From: a virus
Virus record (IMG/VR): IMGVR_UViG_3300037466_003065
Span: 64,001-128,000 of that record
Length of the DNA: 64,000 bases
Direction: 5' to 3' (one strand)
Shown: positions 18,335 through 26,688 of the stretch, piece after piece
How the letters are laid out: each line of letters opens with the position of its first letter
Numbering within the stretch: position 1 is the stretch's first letter
Made by a program: the position numbers and the translations under genes
The notes under the pieces: generated by a model
The model's input: the letters and a program-made list of their open reading frames with translations, nothing else
Database searches by the model: none
What the model was told of the DNA's origin: nothing

Positions 18335-19018
18335 ATGATCCCCGAGCATTGCCCGGTCTGCGACGCCCCCATCGAGCAGCACAAGTGGGACTGGGACGCC
18401 CAGCAGACGTTCGAGGGGACGTGGCTCACCAAGTTCCGCAACGGGACGACGAGCTGCGCCCGGTGCGGCCGGAAGCTGCGGGCCGTCGAGCCCGACGACG
18501 CCACGCCGCCGGTCATCGAGGCCGACCAAGTCATGGTCGCCGGTCGCGACTACGACATGCTCTTCCAGAGCTACCGGGCCAAGCGGTTCGGCCTGCTGCC
18601 GATGCACGTCTTCTGGTGGTGGAGTCCGCTGAAGCACGACATCGCGTTCAACACCCTGATCGCCAACCAGATCAACGCCTTCGCGCACACCCGCAACCGG
18701 TCGACGGTCATGGGGGTGATCGTCGTCCAGCCGGGCGTCGAGGTGCCGGGCACGTTGATGGAGGGAAAGATCGACGGGATCTACAGGATCAGGTCGCACA
18801 TGCTCAGTGACGCCCGCGGCCCCTACCCCAGCCTCAAGGCCGAGGACGGGATCCGCGCAACGTTCACGAACCACCTGCAGCACATCTACCACTACTGGCC
18901 GTCGTTCACGCTCCCGCCGAATGACTTCAGAAACCTCGGCGACACGGTCGATCTAGTTCGCCTGTGGACGCGGTACTCCCGCTACAACATCCCCGTGACC
19001 GTCAGAAGGACAGCATGA
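18335..19018 (+). CDS. hypothetical protein with N-terminal zinc ribbon
   Basis: CPVC...CARC; strong codon bias. Confidence 0.7.
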   Translation: MIPEHCPVCDAPIEQHKWDWDAQQTFEGTWLTKFRNGTTSCARCGRKLRAVEPDDATPPVIEADQVMVAGRDYDMLFQSYRAKRFGLLPMHVFWWWSPLKHDIAFNTLIANQINAFAHTRNRSTVMGVIVVQPGVEVPGTLMEGKIDGIYRIRSHMLSDARGPYPSLKAEDGIRATFTNHLQHIYHYWPSFTLPPNDFRNLGDTVDLVRLWTRYSRYNIPVTVRRTA

Positions 19019-19722
19019 ACAACCAGAACATGACCGCCGGCTTCCATCCCGCCGTTCGCCAGCTCCTCGAGAAGCCCTTCGAGGCGAACCAGCTCAAGCA
19101 GATCCCGTCCAAATGGGACAGGACGAAGATGCTGACGTACGTCATGCCGGAGCCCGTGATCCGCCGCCTGAACGACGCGTTCAACTCGGCGTGGAGCTTC
19201 GAGATCAAGCACGACTCCGTCACGTGGAACACGGTGGCCGGAAAGGTCACCGTCGTCGTCCGCATCCTCGCCCAGCACTTCGTGCCGGATCCGAACGGCA
19301 ATTTCCACCTGGTCACCACGTTCAAGGACGGGATCGGCGAGGCCGACCTGAAGCCCGCTGACGGCGGCGGGTACATCGACGTGGGCCTCGACCTGAAGAG
19401 CGCCGTCACGGACGGCCTGAAGCTGGCGTGCAAGCTGTTCGGGGTCGCCCTCGACCTGTATGAGCGGAAGGACGAGGGAATGGTCGCCGGAAACGACGGC
19501 GCCAAGGCCCAGCAGTTCCAAATCGAAAAGATCGACCGCTACTTCGGCTCCTGCGGGATCGGCCAGGCCCAGTGGCTCGGGAGGTACAACCTCCAACGGC
19601 CCGAGGACATGCCCCTCGAACTGGCCAACTCGCTGCTGAACGGCACCCACCCCGACGTCGTCATGCTCGCCCAGAACACGGGCAAGACGATCACGGGCGG
19701 GATCCGCGCCTCGAACGCCTAA
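19015..19722 (+). CDS. Rad52/Rad22 (Sak)-like single-strand annealing protein
   Basis: LTYV..EPVIRRLNDAF..AWSFE; KSAVTDGLKLACKLFGVALDLY. Confidence 0.85.
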   Translation: MNNQNMTAGFHPAVRQLLEKPFEANQLKQIPSKWDRTKMLTYVMPEPVIRRLNDAFNSAWSFEIKHDSVTWNTVAGKVTVVVRILAQHFVPDPNGNFHLVTTFKDGIGEADLKPADGGGYIDVGLDLKSAVTDGLKLACKLFGVALDLYERKDEGMVAGNDGAKAQQFQIEKIDRYFGSCGIGQAQWLGRYNLQRPEDMPLELANSLLNGTHPDVVMLAQNTGKTITGGIRASNA

Positions 19723-19800
19723 CCCATCAAGGCCCACCGCCGAGCTAGTCGATAGACCCAGAACAAGGTCACCGCTCTCGGTGCGTGAAAGGCCAATAAT

Positions 19801-21270
19801 ATGCCATTGATTAACCCGCCCGCCCCGGTCAGCTCTGTGGCCGGCAAGCAGGGCGACGTATCCCTCGAGGTCAGCGACGTCAACTCGCTGGGCTTTACGC
19901 TCAGCAGCAAGGTTGGCCTTTCGATGATCAACGCCCCCAACGGGGTGATGGGGCTGGACGCGGACGGCAATGCTGTCGGCACGTGGCAGGTGCGACAAGG
20001 CACGAGCGCCCAACTGGCCGGCACCGTTGCCGAGCCCGGCGAGCCCGTGCTGAACACCGACACGGGCGTCCTGTACGTCGGCTGGAACAACCTGTCGCCC
20101 GGCATCGCCGTGGGCAGGCCCGTTACCAAAACGGTTCCCGTTGACACTACTGTCGCCAGTGCCCTGAACGTTGACGCCACCGGCTATGACGTCGTGCGGC
20201 TGACGTGCTCGAATGTCGACGTCAGCCGCGCCCGGGGATTCTCGCTCGCCGCCGGCACCGCTGTCGGCCAGCGGGTGCGGGTGGAGTGGGACTTCACGGC
20301 GAAGTGGGTGACCGCCCCGGCCGGCGCCCAGCTCACGCTCACGTTCACCGACGTCCTGAGCAACGCCGTGAAGATGACCAGCGGCTTCGACGACTCGGGC
20401 AGCGGGTACGGGATGGCCGGGTCGATGGAGGTGGTGTGGGCGGACCTCGGCGCGGGCTTCGTCGGGTGGCTGATCGAGGCGTACCGGCCGGGCGTGGGCG
20501 TGAGCCAGACCAGTACCTTCCCCTACGGGCTGAACGTGGGGAGCAACTCCGTGGGCGCCGTGCCCACGGCCAGCGGCGGGATCGTCCCGTGCGGCGCCGT
20601 CGGCCTCAGCAACATCGTCAGCGGCGCCGGCTCGTTCGCGGTCGGCAGCTCCAACACGCTCCAGGCGGGCAACATGCTCGCCATCGGCCAGGGCAACGGG
20701 CAGACCGGCACGTCGAACATGTCCTACTCGCTGCTGCTCGGCCAGAACAACCGCGCCGGGAACGTCAGCAGCCTTGTGATGGGCAACCGGGCCAAGGGTG
20801 GGCTGCCGTATGGCTATTACCAGGCCAGCGAGTCGGCGGGGGCGAGCAGCAGCTATGGTACCACCCAGTACGAGCGGCACGTGCCCTGCGGCCAGACCAC
20901 GGACGCGACGCCCAAAGACCTGAAGATCGGCAACAACAACACCATCGGCGACTTCGTGCGACTGATCGGCGCCGGGGCGGCGGGGGCGTACGACATCAGT
21001 GTGGTGGGGTGGTCGCACACCCTTCAGGAATCGTTCGCCATCTGGTTCCGTGCCCTGATCCAGCGGGACACGTCCAACAACACGACGATCGTCGGCTCGA
21101 CCGAGATCGCCCGCATCTCGGGCACGAACATGACCGGATGCAACGTGGGGTTGTCCATGTCGGCCGCCAACAGCGGCCACCTGGCCATCACGGTGACGGG
21201 ACTCGCCGCCAACACGATTACGTGGACGGCCGCCGCCAAGGCGGTCGTTAGCCAACAGGTGACGCGATGA
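19801..21270 (+). CDS. tail fibre/spike-like virion protein
   Basis: VSSVAGKQGDVSL fibre motif; GEPVLNTDTGVLYVG (Mtd-N/hyaluronidase-like); G/S/T-rich beta repeats. Confidence 0.65.
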   Translation: MPLINPPAPVSSVAGKQGDVSLEVSDVNSLGFTLSSKVGLSMINAPNGVMGLDADGNAVGTWQVRQGTSAQLAGTVAEPGEPVLNTDTGVLYVGWNNLSPGIAVGRPVTKTVPVDTTVASALNVDATGYDVVRLTCSNVDVSRARGFSLAAGTAVGQRVRVEWDFTAKWVTAPAGAQLTLTFTDVLSNAVKMTSGFDDSGSGYGMAGSMEVVWADLGAGFVGWLIEAYRPGVGVSQTSTFPYGLNVGSNSVGAVPTASGGIVPCGAVGLSNIVSGAGSFAVGSSNTLQAGNMLAIGQGNGQTGTSNMSYSLLLGQNNRAGNVSSLVMGNRAKGGLPYGYYQASESAGASSSYGTTQYERHVPCGQTTDATPKDLKIGNNNTIGDFVRLIGAGAAGAYDISVVGWSHTLQESFAIWFRALIQRDTSNNTTIVGSTEIARISGTNMTGCNVGLSMSAANSGHLAITVTGLAANTITWTAAAKAVVSQQVTR

Positions 21271-22586
21271 TCTTCAGCATGAGCGGCGGCACGCGGAAGT
21301 TCCGCAGTTGGGCTCCCACCGAGGTGGGGTTCACCATGACGGCCACGCCGCGACAAGTGGTGATCTCCTCGTCCTCCAACAGTGTTACCCAGGTGCGGGA
21401 CGCCGACATCCAGACCGACGTCTCGGCGACGGTGGACAACGAGTACGACATCGGCATCGACGAGACGGTGCCGAACAGCATCGCGTACGCGGAGTTCACC
21501 AACCTCACGCCGGACATCGTCACGCTGACCGGCGGCAAGCTGACCCGCCTCGCTGACGGCACGGCGAGCATCCTCTACGGCAGCCCCAAGCTGCGCAAGC
21601 GACTCGACCTGGCCATCAGTCGCACCGGCGGGGGCACGGTCACCTCGTTCATCGGGTACGTCGCCGGCTGGCTGGCGAAGTCGATGACGGACGCGGTGGA
21701 CTTGAAGCTGGCCGGGGTTGCCCCCGCGAACGTCACGAGCAGCATGTCGCTGTTCAGCACCGCCGACCACGCCAACGGCAACTACGTGTGGAATCCCAAC
21801 CGCTGGTGCCTCGGGTTGGACTACACGTGCCGCGCGGTCTGGAACTCGTGGGCCTGGGCGAACGTCGTCGCCGGCTCGCCCGGGGCGCTTGCCCCCCAGA
21901 TGGCCGGCACCATGGTCACCCCGCAACACGTGTTGTTCTCTGCCCATTACAATCCCCTCGGCACGATGAACCCCCTGACCATCCGGTTCGTCGACCACAA
22001 CAACGTGTGCTACACGCGGCGGATCCTGGGCGGCGCCCGAATGGGTGACCCCTTTTCGCAAGGGTTCAACTACGACGTCGCCCTCGGGGTCTTGGACACA
22101 CCGCTGCCCGCATCGATCAAGCCCGCCAAGATGATGCCCACGAACGGGTTCGTGCGGCAGTTGCCCAGCTTTTCCTACTCGGGCCCAAACCCCATCGCCG
22201 GCTGGACGAACGTGCCCTCGGTGCGATTCGTGCCCGTGGTGAAGCACAACCAGTTTCTCCAGGCGTCCGTGGGGGATTGGGGTTATCACGACTGCACGAA
22301 CTTCAGCAACACGTTCTTCTCCTATCCCAGCAGCACCCTTCGGGCGGCGTTCTACCTCAACATCATCAACGGGGACTCCAGCTCTCCGGCGTTCGTGCAC
22401 CCGAACGGCGACACGGTGCTGGTGACCACCTGGTCGACGGGCGGTAACGGCGCCGGCCCCAACTACTCCTCCAACGACCAGAAGGCTTGGATCAATTCCA
22501 CCATCCCCGCCATCGACGCGAGTGCGGGGCTGAACACGGGCTATCAGGTGCAGACCTACAACCTGTCCGGCTGGCCCACATTCTAA
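21267..22586 (+). CDS. virion-associated protein with trypsin-like serine protease domain
   Basis: GTMVTPQHVLFSAHY (His), YDVALG (Asp), NGDSSSP (Ser); Ig-like segment upstream. Confidence 0.65.
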   Translation: MIFSMSGGTRKFRSWAPTEVGFTMTATPRQVVISSSSNSVTQVRDADIQTDVSATVDNEYDIGIDETVPNSIAYAEFTNLTPDIVTLTGGKLTRLADGTASILYGSPKLRKRLDLAISRTGGGTVTSFIGYVAGWLAKSMTDAVDLKLAGVAPANVTSSMSLFSTADHANGNYVWNPNRWCLGLDYTCRAVWNSWAWANVVAGSPGALAPQMAGTMVTPQHVLFSAHYNPLGTMNPLTIRFVDHNNVCYTRRILGGARMGDPFSQGFNYDVALGVLDTPLPASIKPAKMMPTNGFVRQLPSFSYSGPNPIAGWTNVPSVRFVPVVKHNQFLQASVGDWGYHDCTNFSNTFFSYPSSTLRAAFYLNIINGDSSSPAFVHPNGDTVLVTTWSTGGNGAGPNYSSNDQKAWINSTIPAIDASAGLNTGYQVQTYNLSGWPTF

Positions 22587-22624
22587 TCACCCGCCCCCGA
22601 AGGGGCACTTCTCAAGGAGGCACT

Positions 22625-23851
22625 ATGCCACCTCGCATCCTGATCGTTACCCTGACCCTACTGCTCGGCTGGTGCGGTGCGGCCGCGGGCCAGCCGGTCA
22701 CCCGCCCCTCCACCCAGCCGGCGGATCTGGCGTTCATCCCCGACCCGCCGAAGGTCTCGCCGCTGGCCGGCACCAACTGGAAGCCCCGGATCTTCTTCGA
22801 CTACAACGCGACGCCGATCTTCGGGTGGAACCCCAAGTTCGTGAACGACGGCAGGGGAACGGAGCCCGACCGGAACGGGCGGTACTCGTGGGAGCGGAAC
22901 GGCGAGGCGTCCGAGTACCTGCTCAAGTGCGGGTTCACGCCGACGATCATCGCCTACAACGGCACCCTGAACCGTGCGGGCACGTGGTGGAACTTCGACA
23001 CCAACACGTGGGATCCCGGCGTGACCCCCGGCGCGAACCGGTGGGCCGTCCTCTGGAACAAGCCCGATGGCACGACCCGGGAGGGCAACTTCAGCGATCC
23101 GGTCAACCCGCGGGCCGTGGACGCCATCTGTGCCCTCGCCCGAAAGCCGTACGCGTTCGGCGCCCCACTGAAGAGCGCAAGGCCGGTCTGGACGGATATC
23201 GAGGGCACGGCCACCTACAACCCCGACGCCTACGGCCACCCCGGCCCCGTCGAGGCGGTGAAGGTCGCCAAGGCGTGGCTGGGAATGGCCCAGGAGTTCC
23301 GCCGGTGGGGCAACCTGTACACGTACGACCAGGAGCTCTACACCTACGGCGGCCACCTCTGGTGCTACTACGACTACCTCGACGAGAACACCTACGAACA
23401 GAAGCTGAAGGGGGCCGCGACCGCCGAGGAGAAGGCGAAGGCGGCCAAGGAGCTGGGGGCCGTCAGGGAGTTCGCCGCCGTCGAGCGTCAGCACGCCCAC
23501 CTGTACAGCGGCTTCACGGGCTGCACGTACAACGCGAACCAGGTCATCGAGTCCGGGCTGGATGCGTTCGCCCAGGGTGTCGACCGGTATGGGGTGATCG
23601 TCAACAAATACTACCCCGAGTTCCGCGACAACAAGGTGATGTACGTATCGCCGGTGTACACGGTGATGTGGAAGGACTCGCAGGCCGACGAGGTGAAGGC
23701 GCTGGACGGCCAGCCGGTGCCGCTGGATCTCTGGAAGTCCGAGATCGACTACCTCGTCTCGCGAGGGTGGCACGTCTACGTGTGGATGGGGTACACGTAC
23801 GACCTGAAGCCCGTCAAGCCCCACCTCGACTACCTGCTCCGGTTCAAATGA
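22625..23851 (+). CDS. exported glycoside-hydrolase-like (TIM-barrel) protein with signal peptide
   Basis: AAGGAGG RBS; hydrophobic signal MPPRILIVTLTLLLGWCGAAAG; aromatic-rich body, WTDIEG. Confidence 0.5.
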   Translation: MPPRILIVTLTLLLGWCGAAAGQPVTRPSTQPADLAFIPDPPKVSPLAGTNWKPRIFFDYNATPIFGWNPKFVNDGRGTEPDRNGRYSWERNGEASEYLLKCGFTPTIIAYNGTLNRAGTWWNFDTNTWDPGVTPGANRWAVLWNKPDGTTREGNFSDPVNPRAVDAICALARKPYAFGAPLKSARPVWTDIEGTATYNPDAYGHPGPVEAVKVAKAWLGMAQEFRRWGNLYTYDQELYTYGGHLWCYYDYLDENTYEQKLKGAATAEEKAKAAKELGAVREFAAVERQHAHLYSGFTGCTYNANQVIESGLDAFAQGVDRYGVIVNKYYPEFRDNKVMYVSPVYTVMWKDSQADEVKALDGQPVPLDLWKSEIDYLVSRGWHVYVWMGYTYDLKPVKPHLDYLLRFK

Positions 23852-24150
23852 TCTACGTCCACAACCGATCAACCTACCGTGGCCCCGGAGTGAAAGTCTT
23901 CCGGGGCCACTTGCTTGGTAACCGGTACGTCATAGGCCGCGACGGGGATCGGGCCACCGTGATTGCCAAGTTCCGGCGTTGGCTCTGGGCACAACTTCAA
24001 GTCCCTGCGGAGGTGGCCGCGGAAGTCCGGCGGCTCGCCGAGCTCCACCGCCGGGGCGAGGACATTCACCTGATCTGCTGCTGCGTGCCCGACGACTGCC
24101 ACGCATTCGTGATTAAAGCCGCGATCGAGTGGATGGCGATGAGACTGTGA
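23848..24150 (+). CDS. DUF4326-like protein
   Basis: LGNRYVIGRDGDRATVIAKFRRWL...LICCCVPDDCHA. Confidence 0.75.
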   Translation: MIYVHNRSTYRGPGVKVFRGHLLGNRYVIGRDGDRATVIAKFRRWLWAQLQVPAEVAAEVRRLAELHRRGEDIHLICCCVPDDCHAFVIKAAIEWMAMRL

Positions 24151-24843
24151 ATGCCCAAGAAGCAACTGAGCGAAGCTGACGTGTGCAAGGAGATGATCGC
24201 CTACCTGGAGGAGCGAGGCTGGTGCTGCTATCAGGAGGTTTCCTTCAAGGGCGAGCGGGGCCGAGCCGACATCGTCGCCGTGTATGACGGTCGCATCGTC
24301 TGGGTGATCGAGGCCAAGAAGGCCCTGAACCTCGACGTGCTCGCCCAGGCGTACGACTGGGTCGGCGTAGCCCACTACGTGAGCATCGTGGTGCCCTACC
24401 CGGCGCGGGGTGAGTGGGCCAAGAAGGGGTTCGTGAAGCAGGTGCTGGGCGACCAGGGCATCGGCCTGTTCTACACCTGCAAGACATCCGATGTGCGAGT
24501 TGCGACGCCGGTACACGCCCGGCTGAACCGGTCGGCCCACCGCCACACCGAGAAGCTGCTCTCCCAGCTCCGGCCCGAGCACCAGACCTTCGCGGCCGCC
24601 GGCACCAGCGGCACGTTCTGGACGCCATACAAGGAGAGTTGTCGGGAGATCCTGAAGGAGGTCAGCGGCACGCCGGGGATCAATTTCACGGAGCTGATGA
24701 AGCGGGTGGGCAAAATGCACTATTCGTCTCCTTCCTCGGCCCGATCCACGATGTTGAAGCGGATCATTCGGGGGCACGTCCCCGGCGTCCACATCACACG
24801 GGTCGGCAAGGAGTTCCGAGTCTATCCCGGGGCCCAGAAATGA
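24151..24843 (+). CDS. PD-(D/E)XK nuclease-like protein with C-terminal winged helix
   Basis: YQEV...RADIVAV...VIEAKK. Confidence 0.7.
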   Translation: MPKKQLSEADVCKEMIAYLEERGWCCYQEVSFKGERGRADIVAVYDGRIVWVIEAKKALNLDVLAQAYDWVGVAHYVSIVVPYPARGEWAKKGFVKQVLGDQGIGLFYTCKTSDVRVATPVHARLNRSAHRHTEKLLSQLRPEHQTFAAAGTSGTFWTPYKESCREILKEVSGTPGINFTELMKRVGKMHYSSPSSARSTMLKRIIRGHVPGVHITRVGKEFRVYPGAQK

Positions 24844-24920
24844 GAAACCCCCGGGGCGACCGGGGGTTACTCACCTTCAAGGAGGCATCTGTGAGCCCTA
24901 CTCGCAGAGGCCAAGATCGC
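24843..24920 (-). ncRNA. putative ~75-nt small RNA displaying an anti-RBS loop
   Basis: Bounded by a TTGACG-N16-TAGTAT promoter (24953-24926) and a hairpin (24846-24868); internal CUCAC/GUGAG stem encloses AGAUGCCUCCUUGAAG. Confidence 0.5.
24846..24868 (-). terminator. GC-rich hairpin, probable intrinsic terminator of a minus-strand small RNA
   Basis: AACCCCCGG-ggcga-CCGGGGGTT; on the minus strand the stem runs into TTTCTCATTT. Confidence 0.6.
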
Positions 24921-24932
24921 CCGCCATACTAA
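24891..24932 (+). CDS. possible 13-aa peptide (MSPTRRGQDRPPY)
   Basis: GTG 5 nt after AAGGAGG, but the start codon lies in the predicted CTCAC/GTGAG stem. Confidence 0.25.
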   Translation: MSPTRRGQDRPPY

Positions 24933-24953
24933 CAACACGCCTGGGGGCGTCAA
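24926..24953 (-). promoter_or_regulatory. sigma70-type promoter with extended -10
   Basis: Minus strand TTGACG-16 nt-TAGTAT with TG at the extended -10 position. Confidence 0.6.
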
Positions 24954-25035
24954 GAGGAATTTTGCGATTCGTAAACCGGACTCATGCCCGATGCGGGCTG
25001 GGGCCGATATGTCTGGCGTGATGTCCCGTCTGAGC

Positions 25036-25075
25036 GAAGGCCCCCGGTGGTGATGCCCGGGGGCCTTCTTTATTG
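25036..25075 (+). terminator. intrinsic terminator
   Basis: GAAGGCCCCCGG-loop-CCGGGGGCCTTC followed by TTTATT. Confidence 0.8.
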
Positions 25076-25142
25076 CGGATGAAGTCGCTCGTGGGAGCTG
25101 TCGATATCCCGAATGGCAGAGCGCCATTGACGGAGATCCCCC

Positions 25143-25928
25143 ATGAGCAAGATGTCGAATTACCTCGAGAACCTGATCATCGAGCGCCATTTGCGCGGCG
25201 GGGCGTTCACGCCTCCCGCGACGGTGTATCTCGCACTGGCCTCGGGGATCACGGCCGGTGGCGACGGCGACCCCACCGCCTTCAGCGAAGTCTCGACGAC
25301 CAGCACGGGGTATGGTCGTCAGGCGATCACGTTCGGTGCGGCCTCCGGCGGTGCCGCCAGCAACAGCGTTGCGATCTCCTTCAGCCCCGCGACCGCCGAC
25401 TGGGCGTCGGGCTCGAACCTCACGCACTGGGCCATCTACGACGCCTCCACCGGCGGCAACATGCTCTACTGGGGCACCGTCCCCACGCCGGGCACCGTCC
25501 TGAGTGGCGAGACGTTCACCGTCGACGTCGGCAACATCACGGTTACCCTCTCCGGCAACTGGACGACCACCTTCATGAACCAGATCCTGGACGCGACCCT
25601 GCGTGCCCAGGCCCTTCCCGCCCCCACGATCCGCGTCGCCCTGCTCACCGCCTTTACCAACGACTCAACGTTCACCGAGTGCCCGGACAGCAACTACGCC
25701 CGCCTCACGACCACGTGGGGCGCGTCCTCGAACGGCCAGTCCCTGAACGCGGTCGACATCGCGTATGCCGCGATGAACGCCCAGCAGGTGATCACGCACG
25801 TCGCCCTGTTCGATGCGGCGACCGCCGGCAACATGAGCTACCGCGGCCCGCTCGCGGCCAGCAAGACCGTGGGCGCCGGCAAGGTGCTCAAGTTCCTGTC
25901 CGGCCAGTTGTCGATCAACGCTCAGTAA
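25143..25928 (+). CDS. tail/structural protein made of two tandem copies of one domain
   Basis: Both halves follow ...VYLAL/IRVAL...GYGRQAITF/NYARLTTTW...THWAIYDA/THVALFDA.T.GNM pattern. Confidence 0.75.
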   Translation: MSKMSNYLENLIIERHLRGGAFTPPATVYLALASGITAGGDGDPTAFSEVSTTSTGYGRQAITFGAASGGAASNSVAISFSPATADWASGSNLTHWAIYDASTGGNMLYWGTVPTPGTVLSGETFTVDVGNITVTLSGNWTTTFMNQILDATLRAQALPAPTIRVALLTAFTNDSTFTECPDSNYARLTTTWGASSNGQSLNAVDIAYAAMNAQQVITHVALFDAATAGNMSYRGPLAASKTVGAGKVLKFLSGQLSINAQ

Positions 25929-25960
25929 TTCACGGGGGTTCGTCCTGAGACGAGAGGGCC

Positions 25961-26632
25961 ATGAACTACGTCGAGCTATACCAGGTCTTCGTCGCGCCCG
26001 ACCCGAACAGGTCGGACGCCGACATTCTCGCCGCCGCGAACGCGAAGACGTTGGTGCCGAACGGCAAGGGCGAGTTCCGCGCCGGCGAACTGACACTCGC
26101 CGCCGCGCTCGGCCCCAACGCGGTCGCCGACTTCCTGTCGGACGTTCTCGCCGCAGCCAACGGGCCCGACCCGCGGGTCACCCTGTCAAACCCGAACGCG
26201 CCGTCGAACCACACGCTCGATCTGATCTACCGCAAGCTCACCACCGAGGGCGTCGACCTCCGGAATCCGGTGACGCGGGCCATGATCGACGTCCTGCGCA
26301 TCGTGCCGCTCAAGGTGGTCAACGGCGTGCCCACCCCGATCCTCACGTCCGATCAGGCCGAAGCGATCATCAGCCTTGCCTGGGTGGAGAAGTCTCCCGC
26401 CCTCGACGCGATGGGTCGCGACATGGGCCCGGAAGACCTGGCGACCATTCGCCAGATCGGCACGAGGCTCGCCACGTTGAACGCCTGCCGCGGGCGAGTG
26501 CAGCAGTGGTTTCAGCAGTTGCAGCAGGCCCTGAAAGATTTCGCCGTCACCGAGGACGCCCTGACTAACGGCTCCCTCGTCGCCGTCCCGTCGCTCGACG
26601 ACATCAAGGCGAACCTGAGCACGAACGCGTAG
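25961..26632 (+). CDS. hypothetical protein (structural module)
   Basis: GAGAGG RBS, 223 aa. Confidence 0.7.
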   Translation: MNYVELYQVFVAPDPNRSDADILAAANAKTLVPNGKGEFRAGELTLAAALGPNAVADFLSDVLAAANGPDPRVTLSNPNAPSNHTLDLIYRKLTTEGVDLRNPVTRAMIDVLRIVPLKVVNGVPTPILTSDQAEAIISLAWVEKSPALDAMGRDMGPEDLATIRQIGTRLATLNACRGRVQQWFQQLQQALKDFAVTEDALTNGSLVAVPSLDDIKANLSTNA

Positions 26633-26688
26633 GCGTGCCAAGGTCTCGCGTGACGACCTGACCGCAGCCGAGGCGTTGAAGTATCGCC

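Noticed and set aside
19801-21270. Diversity-generating retroelement targeting the Mtd-like fibre
   Set aside because: No reverse transcriptase and no template/variable repeat pair found in the window.
24960-25140. tRNA, tmRNA or riboswitch in the largest intergenic gap
   Set aside because: No cloverleaf, T-loop consensus or recognisable aptamer; only the terminator hairpin is supported.
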